DNA from: Trichinella spiralis
Lineage: Eukaryota
Reading direction: 5' to 3'
Length of the DNA: 20,000 bases
Assembly (NCBI RefSeq): GCF_000181795.1
Contig: NW_003526946.1
Coordinates: 787,236 to 807,235 of the forward strand
The notes below the pieces were generated by a model. It made no database searches. It was not told where the DNA came from and saw nothing but the letters and a program-made list of their open reading frames with translations. Numbering within the stretch: the first letter of the stretch is position 1; every line of letters starts with the position of its first letter. Of this stretch, positions 10,495 through 19,455 are shown piece by piece. Position numbers and translations under genes: made by a program.

Positions 10495-12542
10495 GGCAAC
10501 GAACAGTTTTTTCACCCATCAGATAAATAACGCTTTAGCTGGCAATTATATGAAATTTATGCATAAGATGCTTTTCCATTTGCCAGAAATTGTTCTGCTG
10601 AGTAGCTAATGGCGATTTTACTAGAATGGGAACATTTAAAATTTATAAATTGTCTAAAGCTGCAGTTTATAGCTAAAAGTTGGAGTGGTGATTGCTGAAT
10701 TTTAGCATCGAAACACTTTTCTGATTTCAGCTGGTGTTCTTTGAAAATATTTCTGGCTTGCAAAAAAATTTAATCTTCCAATCTTTCGCTCCTGTTCACA
10801 AGAGTTATTGTTTTTCTTCTTATGTTTCATTAAAATAAAAAATAAAATCTGGAATTTTGTTTAAAGTAAAAAATTTGTAATTATATATTTTGTGTAAATT
10901 GTATTAAATTTCTGTTTCAATATCTAAAGTAAAACCGACAACTTGGTTGATTAAACATTCAAGTTGCAATTGTTGTATTACGATGATAACCAAATGTTGA
11001 ACATTCCACATCAAAAAGGATCTGTCGGATTTAGAAATCATTTTAACAAACAAAAGTGAAAAAAAAAGAAAATTATTTTTCATCTCTCATTATCTTCCTC
11101 TAGCATTGCATATTTTCTGCCAAAATATGATCATTGCTGATTATCCTCGTCGGCAAACATAAAGCATATATTGATTTCTCATTTGGTGCCTTAACTTTCA
11201 TTCCCATTGTTTGGAGTGAACAATATCTGGGCAGTATCAAAGGGTTTGCTGCCTTGATCAAGCAGTGAATTATCCATTTGAGAAAACGTCTGCCTGAAGT
11301 ATCGTAAAAATTCCAGACTAGCAGTATTATTGCTTGAATTTATGCCTTGCGCATTTCTACGGCATCATGCTGAACACAAATACCGAAATTCTAATTTCTG
11401 GTATTCACCAACGCACTAGTCGGTTTCGTTCAGATGTTAAAATAGAAAGTTTACAATTTACGCAAAATATGTAAAACTAAATTTGTTTTTTGATTTTTAA
11501 ATAATATCGCAATTTTTAATTTTTTATTTAAATAAAATATGCGACTTTAAACAATAACACTGATGAAAGAAGTCAAAACTTTCTGAAGTTGAAAATGAAA
11601 TCTTTAATTGCCATCAGGAAACATTTTCAGAGAACAGTCAGCCTGAAATTTGAAAAGTATTTAAATGCTAACAAGTTAGCAGTTGCCATGCTAAGTTTAA
11701 GCTGACAACTGCAGCTGTGGACAATTCATCACTTGTTGATTTTTCCATTGTATTACAATCGCCATTAGCTAATCAGAATATTTTCTGACAAACGGAAAAG
11801 CATCCTATGCATAAATCTCACATAATTGCTAGCTAAAATGTAATTTATCTGACAAGCAAAGCAACTGTTAGGGTTGGGATTCTTCTGAACAGTATTTATG
11901 CATTCGGCGTGATAAAAGTAAACCACTTTGAGAATGCTAACAGAAAGAAAGCTGTAAATGGCACCGACCAGAATAACTGTTTTTTTTAAAAGTTTGCTTT
12001 TTATCAACTTATTTGTTTCGAACCATTTAATGTTGCGCTGCGTCTATATGAACAGCAGTTCCGTTTTTTATGTAAATCAAAAAATTCTGTTTTTTCCATA
12101 AAAATTAAATATGCAATATCATAAAGTTAAGAAAAATTATCAGCTATGATGCCATGCCATGAATACATAAATGAAAAACAGTGAAACCTCGAATTAGAAA
12201 ACTTACCATTGATAGAAAAGGAATATTTAGCAAATGGAACTTTCTAGTGCGACAATCATTCATTTAAATGTGAAAAAGCAGGCGAAGTTCCCTTTTGGAA
12301 ATTCAGTTCTACTCATCATTAAATTATGAGAAAAACCTTAAATTTATGCTTTAAACATTGTTTACTTAATTTCTTTACAATTTCTGTTACTTCATGTAAA
12401 TACAATATAAATTTAACGGATAAAATTTCAGTAAGATAAAGGTTAATGCGACCATTCAAGTGGTGGATTGTATTTTATTTGTACTTCATTGCATTGTATC
12501 TGCATTGTATTGTTTTGTTTTGTTTTTTTATTTTTTCATCGT
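10495..12542 (-). repeat. Right arm of the large inverted repeat (near-identical part ~10683-12542, diverged extension from ~10495)
   Basis: Matches the left arm in reverse complement with scattered substitutions and small indels (e.g. TTCTGATGATTAGC vs TTCTGATTAGC; AACACTACAGCTG vs AACACCAGCTG). Confidence 0.95.
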
Positions 12543-12612
12543 AATTTCATTTTCTTACTTTTCTCAATTTGAGAACAACAGAATTATTTGAAAACAGTCG
12601 AAAGATTAGAAG

Positions 12613-12657
12613 TAAAATTTGACAAATAGAATGAAATAAAATTTGACAAATAGAATG
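12613..12657 (+). repeat. Short tandem duplication (21-nt unit, 24-nt period)
   Basis: TAAAATTTGACAAATAGAATG at 12613-12633 and 12637-12657. Confidence 0.9.
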
Positions 12658-13141
12658 CAGAGGAATGACAACAAATGAAATTTAGAGGCGTGTCAGAGCA
12701 GCAACCAACGAAATTTTACTGCGAAAAAGTAGGCGGAGTCAGGAAGAAAATCGGGTCAATCCTGTTCAGAATTACGGCATTCTTTCGGTGATGTCAGCTT
12801 TGGCACGTGGTTATGATGGTTGGATGTTTTCATTTTAATTTGTCCCAGTAATCATGATGCCGATTACACGGTTTTCGCTCGCAAACTGTAAAATTGGAAA
12901 TGTTGATGAAGTTTGTTTGCGCAAATTGAAAAAATCAGAAATTTTTCTGGAAGTTGGTTCTGTTGATGTTGATCGTATAAATCATTTTTATGATTTCGCA
13001 TGTGAAGACGTCATTCAAATTTTACCATCCTGTCACTGGTTTCTGTTTCAATGACTGACATTTCATCTGGATGCCGTTTTATGTATGCAGTACAGCGGAA
13101 GAACAGACGTGTTTGGACAACAACGTTCTTGGACTGTTGTC

Positions 13142-13336
13142 AAATGTGGAATGGTTTGCAACGTAACCGAATGTGTTTTCTCCCGGTTGAAGTCGCACTG
13201 CACAAAACACTCTCTACACCTCACATTGCATTGTAGCATCTGCAGGAAGCCGTTTCTCTCCATTAACTCAGTCGCCTCCCACAATCCGCACTCCATGAAA
13301 GCCTCTGGAGGTCCTGAAAGACCATCAGAAAGCTCC
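13142..13336 (+). pseudogene. Degenerate R2 fragment: N-terminal zinc fingers 1-2
   Basis: KCGMVCNVTECVFSRLKSHCTKHSLHLTLHCSICRKPFLSINSVASH aligns with KCTICTFTECVYSRFSNHCTKHGLHLELHCSICTKVFPSIYSVACH of the full-length element (14781-14918). Confidence 0.9.
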
Positions 13337-13374
13337 TAATCCTCTACGGTTTGGTATACTGTAGTTCTGCAGTA

Positions 13375-13905
13375 AGACTGGGTAAGCAGCCATCTACTGA
13401 CCGCGCCCCCTTCTTTCTGAAGCGCGCTCCGATAAACAATACTGTATATACTGTGAGGTGAGCGAACACCTCAAACTGATGAACCTTGGCTCTGCATCGG
13501 GCTCCGATGGAGTCAAGGTGTCCCGCTTCCGTGAAATTGGCCCCACTGTCTCTCTAAGGTCATTAAGACTTTTCTGCTGGAGAGACACATCCCCCAGATC
13601 CTACAGGATTCCGGTCTATCACGATTGGCTTGTGTATGTACCGGCTCTTCAGCAAGATTGTAACAAACCCGCTCAGCGAATTAACACCCCTCAACCGCTG
13701 TCAAAGGCCTTCTAGTCAGGCACGGATGGCGCTTTTGACAACGTCAGTAACGTGGCTTCGCTCCTCAAACTGGCTCGCAGAACAGGTAAGGAAATTAATT
13801 TTGCATGCATAGACTTAGCCAATGGCTTTGACACAATTAATCACACCTCAATCACACGTGCTCTCTGCAGAAATGGGGTGGACTTCGGCTCAGTAGAGCA
13901 TGTCG
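13375..13905 (+). pseudogene. Degenerate R2 fragment A: reverse transcriptase motifs 0-3, multiply frameshifted and more divergent
   Basis: HLKLMNLGSASGSDGVKVS, CMYRLFSKIVT and GKEINFACIDLANGFDTINHTSITRAL lie in different frames and align with the RT of the full-length element (HLKLMSAKTSADLDGVQVS, CIYRLFSKIVT, GKELNIVCVDLAKAFDTVNHSSIDRAL). Confidence 0.88.
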
Positions 13906-13918
13906 AAACAGTGGTAGG

Positions 13919-14435
13919 CAGTCCCTCAGCAATGTAAGCTGCCCGATTGATGTCTACGACAGCGATTAAGCCAGTGCCCTGAAGTAGATGCAGCGCTTTC
14001 ACATATAAACATCCCGCCAACTCTAAAAATATACTGAACCCCATCTTTCTCGAGGAGGTTACGCGGCACCTCCAAAAAATGAAGGTGAAAACGTCAGCAG
14101 GCCCTGACGGAATACAGGTGTCGCACCTTCGTACGTGCGACCCGGTGTGCCTAACGAAGGCCTCTAACCTTTTTCTACTCACTAGATGCATCCCCCAACA
14201 GCTCAAGGATTGTCGCACCACTCTCATTCCTAAAACCGACAGTCCCCACCCTGATGCTGAAGACTACAGGCCTATAACTGTTGCTTCCTGCTTGTACCGG
14301 CTCTTCAGCAAAATTGCAATGAGGCGGCTAGAAAATTCTTTTTCCCTCCATCCACGTCAAAAGGCCTTACTGTCGGGCACTAATGGTGCTTTCGACAACA
14401 CTGCTACAATAATGACCATTATTAGAGAAGCGCAC
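13919..14435 (+). pseudogene. Degenerate R2 fragment B: RT N-terminal region to motif 2
   Basis: NVSCPID, then KTSAGPDGIQVSHLRTCDPVCL...QLKDCRTTLIPKTD...DAEDYRPITVASCLYRLFSKI...LHPRQKA...GAFDN...REAH; closely parallels 16336-16866. Confidence 0.92.
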
Positions 14436-14543
14436 CTTTCCACTTTCTCTGCTTCCTCACAGAAGTCCACAAAATATCAGTGGACAGCTGACCACATGAG
14501 AGATGTGCAAGAAGTTGAGGAAGAGCCAGCCGCTAGGAAGAGC
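14436..14543 (+). pseudogene. Degenerate R2 fragment C: start of the Myb domain, fused in frame to fragment B
   Basis: STFSASSQKSTKYQWTADHMRDVQEVEEEPAA aligns with ATFAASSQKSVKHLWTIDHLREVKEVEEMLAA (15558-15653). Confidence 0.88.
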
Positions 14544-14660
14544 TAACTATGACTCTTTTCTGGCGTGCGGCGGCCTAATTTCTATTGCTCTCTCGCTGAA
14601 AGAAATCGCTGCGTAAGTCAGTATCTTTTCATAGTTTTTCGGTCTCTTAGGGTCTTCTAA

Positions 14661-17600
14661 ATGGGAAAGCAGTCTCGTCCTGCACAGGAAAAGTCTTCTA
14701 CTGCTGCAGGGTCTGACGGGCAAGCCCGATCAGACAGGGGAAGGCGGAACCACGCTGAAGTTCTCTATCCGGGACCGTTTAAATGCACTATATGCACCTT
14801 TACCGAGTGTGTTTACTCACGCTTTAGTAATCACTGCACGAAACACGGCTTGCACTTAGAGTTACACTGTAGTATTTGCACCAAAGTGTTTCCCAGCATA
14901 TACTCTGTCGCTTGCCACTATTCACGATGCGCAAAAACCCATAGGAACCCTGAAAACCCTGAAATTCCATCCGGGTCCAATTTGTATGACCTTCATTCAA
15001 ACGAACTAGCCGTGGGAAACAGTGAAATGGAAACTAGGTCATCCATCAAACGAGCAACTGTTGTTGACAGGTGCTTAATGGCCCCTTTGTTTAACGTGTC
15101 AACTGTTGAGAGAACAGATGCCAGGCTCGTTTGCGCAACGATAGATGACAGGCGTGAGAAGATAACAGCCGTGTCGGCATCTTTGAAGAACGGCATTACC
15201 TGTCAGTCATCGTTCGAAGCGCTAATGGACTCGGCACCTGTTGTTTCTAACAGTTGCGAAGTTTCCGAGATCAAAGAAGTGCCGCCGGCGCGGATAAACA
15301 TGCGTTTAAGATCTAGAAAAGCATGTTTAAACATCCCAGAGTCGCCGCGCCCTCCAGGAACACCACGGACGGCACCCCACAGTCCTGACGGGTCCCATTC
15401 CAACCAAGGGTCTAGCGCACCAAGCACCAGCTCTACACGCGCGTCTAATAACCGCCCCGCAAGCACTAACACACAAGGCACGCATGTCTGCTCCGTCTGC
15501 TCACGCGTCTTTAACTCTTTCCCTGGGTTGCGTCTGCATGAGAAAAGGGTGCACCCCGCCACCTTCGCCGCGTCTTCCCAGAAGTCCGTAAAACATCTAT
15601 GGACTATCGACCACCTGCGCGAAGTGAAGGAAGTTGAGGAGATGCTGGCCGCTAATAATAGTCGGTCAGTAAAGGCCTTAGCCGAAGCGCTGTCTCGCAA
15701 GTGGTCCGAGGACATATCCATGGATATGGCCAAATACCTGCGGAAGAAGCTGCGGGCGGTGGACCTAAATTCAGCACAGCCTACTAACACAGCACTCACT
15801 GACGGTGTAAACAGTCCCAGGGAGGGCCCCGAGAACACAACTGAGGAGGGGGAGAGCCTAAACAATGGCTCACAGGTCGTAGGCACGGAAATCATGGGAC
15901 CGGAGCGCTTTCCGGAGTGTGACTCTTTTCAGACGCACTCGGCGAACGCGGATCTGAGCAACCCATGCCCACAACATCCCGATGGCTCGCTAAGCGAGCA
16001 GGGATTGGATCGGGACCAAGGGGGTGTACTCCGTAAACACCTGGAGGATGGCTTGGCCTCCTGCAATAGCGAGTTTGGAAGGACTTTTAAATTTTATTGT
16101 TAATAAAGTATTAAATAGCGAGAATGAGGACCGTAACAAACATGTTGACGCTGCTATCAGCGTACTCATCGAGTTCCTGTGCGAACCTAAAAGTCATCAA
16201 CCCCCACCTCCCCGGAAGAAGCGTACTAGGGAAGAACCGAAGAACCGAAGACAGAAGATCCGAAGCAAGTACGCGCAAATGCAAACGCTCTTCAAGCGTG
16301 ACCCCAAAAGAGTTGCGGCCCACCTCATTAAGAATCAGCCCCTCTGTAATGTAAGTTGCCCCATCGATGCCGCAGAGTCCGCTCTGCGACAGCGAGTAAG
16401 TCAGCGCCCCGGTATTGATGCAGGGCCCTTCAAATCCGAACGCCCACTCAACTCTGAATGCATTCTGTTCCCCATCTCCGCAGACGAGGTTACGCTGCAC
16501 CTCAAACTAATGTCTGCAAAAACGTCGGCAGACCTCGACGGAGTCCAGGTGTCACACCTCCGACAATGTGACCCGGTGTGCCTTGCGAAGGCCTTCAACT
16601 GTCTTCTACTCGCAAGGTACATCCCCCCACAACTCAAGGATTGTCGTACCACCCTCATTCCCAAAACTGACAATCCCCGCCCCGATGCTGAAGACTACCG
16701 GCCCATAACTATTGCTTCCTGTATATACCGGCTCTTTAGCAAAATTGTAACGCGGCGGCTCGAAAATTGCATCTCCCTCCACCCCCGCCAAAAGGCCTTC
16801 CGGTCAGGCACGGATGGCGCTTTTGACAACATCACCACCTTAACGACCATCGTCAGAGACGCGCACAAGTCCGGGAAGGAACTAAACATCGTCTGTGTAG
16901 ACTTAGCTAAAGCTTTTGACACAGTCAATCACTCATCAATTGATCGAGCCCTACGCATGCACGGGCTCGACTCCAACTCACGAGCACTTATTGAGGAAAT
17001 GGTCACCGGAAGCACGACCGTTATCAAGGGAGACGGAGGGGTATTGAGTAATAAAATAGAAATTAACCAGGGTGTACGACAGGGAGACCCCATTTCCCCT
17101 CTCCTCTTCAACTCAGTCATGGACGAGTTGATAGAGCGCCTCGAACAAAGTGGAGTGGGTTACAAAATCAATAACACTGAGGTCGTAACACTGGCGTTCG
17201 CGGACGACGGAACTCTAGTCAGTAGCAGTCGCAGGGGAATGGAGAAACTTCTCTCCATCACCCACGACTTCATTAATGAGAGGGGACTTAAACTAAACAT
17301 CAGGAAATGCAAAGGTATCCGCTTCGTCCGCACGCCCAAAACCAAATCATTAGTGCAGGATACCTCCAAGACATTTAAAGTCCGCGGTACAGGAGGGGAA
17401 TCTTCTTATATTCCCATGGCGGGCACTGGGGAAGTCATCAAAGTCTTGGGGGTCCCCATAGCCCCAACTGGCAAGCCTTCTTTCGACATAGACACACTGT
17501 GGAAGGGATCCTGGAGAGAATCCGGAAAGCCCCTCTGAAGCCTGCACAGAAACTTGCCACTGTGCGGGACTATCTAATTCCTTCATTGGAATACAAGTTG

Positions 17601-18668
17601 GGAGTCCCTGGGGTAGGTAGGAGAGTATTAAAAGAGGTTGACGCCTCCATTAGGCAAACGGTCAAACGCTTCCTGCACCTCCCGCACACCGGCATGAATA
17701 ACATGTTCCTCACCATGCCCATTAAAGACGGCGGGCTAGGCCTGCGCTCGCTCTGCACACAGCACCTTGCACGCGTCGCTGTTGGCACTAACAGCATGAC
17801 GAATAGTGCCGACCCGACATCACAAACCATCGCCAGCATGCCACAACACCAAAAACCCCTGCACGCCGCACTTCAACACTTCTCCGTTCCGGCAGCCACA
17901 AAAGATGCGTTGAAGAAGGGGAAGCGACAACTGCTCTGCGCAGAAATCGCTGAACTAACGGAAACGTACCAGGGAAGCTGCCTGCCGACATTCAGGAAGA
18001 GACCTGTGGGTAATTCCTGGCTGAGCGGACTTAACGGAATGCGAAGCCGGGACTTCATCATTGGGCTTAAACTCCGCTTTGGGGTGATTGAAACTCGCTC
18101 CCAGAAATGGAGGGGGAGAACTCCCCATAACCCAGCGGTGTTGCTGTGCAGACACTGCGGGCATTCAACCGGTAAACGGGAGACTGCCGCGCACATCTCG
18201 CAGAAATGCCCACACACCAAAAACCTGTACATTCAGCGGCACAACAAGATTGTACATCTTGTTGCGGAGCATGCACGGAGGGAAGGGTTCAAGGTGCACG
18301 TTGAACATGCCTTGAAGTCAGAGGGTCAGGTCTACAAACCTGACCTCATCCTGATCAAAGGGAACGCCGCACACGTCCTCGACGTGGCGGTACCTTGGGA
18401 AACGGGCACCGACATGCATGAACACCACGAACGTAAGGTGCACAAATACAGCATGATAAGCGACGACGTTAAAGCACACTTTGGCGTCGATAGCTGCACA
18501 GTGGGAGCTATTGTAGTGGGCGCCCGGTCCAGCTGGTGTGCCAGCAATAGAACTTCACTTAAAGCATGCAGCATGCACTTCACAAAAAGGTTTAAACGAT
18601 TGCTCTGTAGGGTAGCCCTAGAGGGCACCTGCAGGGTCTTCCAGACCTTTTTCACCAGCACCCCATGA
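14661..18668 (+). pseudogene. R2 polyprotein ORF (ZF/Myb-RT-CCHC-RLE endonuclease) broken by two frameshifts, at ~16075 and ~17500
   Basis: Three overlapping ORFs (14661-16103, 16024-17538, 17499-18668) join into one R2 protein. Motifs: CxxC..H..H, CxxC..H..C, CSVCSRVFNSFPGLRLHEKRVH, Myb W-T; RT YRPITI, DLAKAFDTV, GVRQGDPISPLLFN, LAFADD, KVLGV; GGLGL; CRHCG..ETAAHISQKC; RHN; KPDLIL..LDVAVPWE..KVHKY. Confidence 0.93.
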
Positions 18669-18679
18669 CACTGCACCCT

Positions 18680-18787
18680 AAAATAAAAGAAAAAACAAAA
18701 AAAAATATATATAAAACAAAATTCAAAAAAATTAAAAAACCAAAAAAAAAAACAAAAAAAAGATTAAAACTTTAAAAACAAAAAAAA
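18680..18787 (+). repeat. A-rich low-complexity tract just after the R2 stop codon
   Basis: ~108 nt of interrupted A runs, beginning with AAAATAAAAG. Confidence 0.9.
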
Positions 18788-19231
18788 TGCCTTGCATGCT
18801 TGCCCCTGCATGATGCTTGAGATCCCCCATTAGGGGGGAGGCTAACCTTTATTTTCAGGCACTCGATGGAATCGTGCGTGGACCAAGATGGCAACCGCCG
18901 AAGTTGGACCGAATTGGATGGAACGCGCCGAAGAACCGACGCCGACCAACCATATGAGAAGACGGAGACGTGACGCCGTCGGAAATCCACCTACGAATTC
19001 TAAGCGAACAACAACAGTCGGGGAAAGAAGATCAAAGACAACGACTCCACCGGAGCCGCCCTCCTGAAGCTGGGCCCTCATTGCTGTTCCCACTACACTC
19101 TCCCCTTGACAACCTCCCCCATATATATTGTTAAAATCGGTACCGGCCGTCACCGGGCTGCTATGCAGTACTTATGTTTATTCACATATAACTGATGTTA
19201 TCTCACTTTGATAATTCAATTCAATAAAGCA

Positions 19232-19285
19232 CCATTCGTGCGCGTCACTATTAGACCGACGGAAGCCGGCGCTCTTCGGAGTGTC
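19232..19285 (+). other. Structured RNA element in the R2 3' UTR: segment antisense to the downstream 28S target plus a C(UUCG)G hairpin
   Basis: 19232-19262 is complementary to 19314-19344. 19268-19285 folds as GGCGCUC-UUCG-GAGUGUC. Confidence 0.8.
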
Positions 19286-19301
19286 CTGCAAATACCGAAA
19301 C

Positions 19302-19335
<34 letters not shown>

Positions 19336-19359
19336 TATGAATGGATCAACAAGATTCCT

Positions 19360-19410
<51 letters not shown>

Positions 19411-19417
19411 CAAAATC

Positions 19418-19455
<38 letters not shown>

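Larger units (their letters stand above)
14544..19301 (+). mobile_element. R2 non-LTR retrotransposon (28S rDNA-specific, three zinc fingers plus Myb, R2-A-like architecture), full-length but probably inactive
   Basis: The 5' end carries a remnant of the upstream 28S target (TAACTATGACTCT). The 3' end abuts TAGCCAAATGCCTCGTC, the canonical R2 insertion point. It encodes ZF-ZF-ZF-Myb, RT, a CCHC knuckle and a restriction-like endonuclease. Confidence 0.96.

Noticed and set aside
8247..12007. ORFs 8247-8528, 9462-9677, 9755-10000, 10271-10609, 10557-10763 and 11765-12007 as a gene family
   Set aside because: Their similarity simply reflects the inverted repeats. Frames are not preserved between diverged copies and there is no recognisable domain.
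12854..13140. Short ORFs after an acceptor-like TTTGTCCCAG
   Set aside because: No recognisable homology or consistent exon structure; cannot be supported.
14544..14700. HDV-like ribozyme expected at the R2 5' end
   Set aside because: I could not build a convincing P1-P2-P3-P1.1-P4 fold by eye, so it is not annotated. A covariance-model search is needed.
16085..16103. Slippery heptamer TTTAAAT near the end of the first R2 ORF, suggesting programmed -1 frameshifting
   Set aside because: The next ORF is in the +1 frame, not -1. R2 normally has a single ORF, and a single-base insertion explains the break.
14993..19153. Numerous minus-strand ORFs within R2 (e.g. 15203-15895, 18842-19153)
   Set aside because: Antisense shadows of a GC-balanced coding or UTR region, with no motifs.
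19251..19325. Hammerhead-ribozyme-like arrangement (CCGACGG...GAAAC...GTC) at the R2/28S junction
   Set aside because: The core deviates from CUGANGA, stem II lacks a closing pair, stem III would be only 2 bp, and the register of stem I does not place an NUH triplet correctly.
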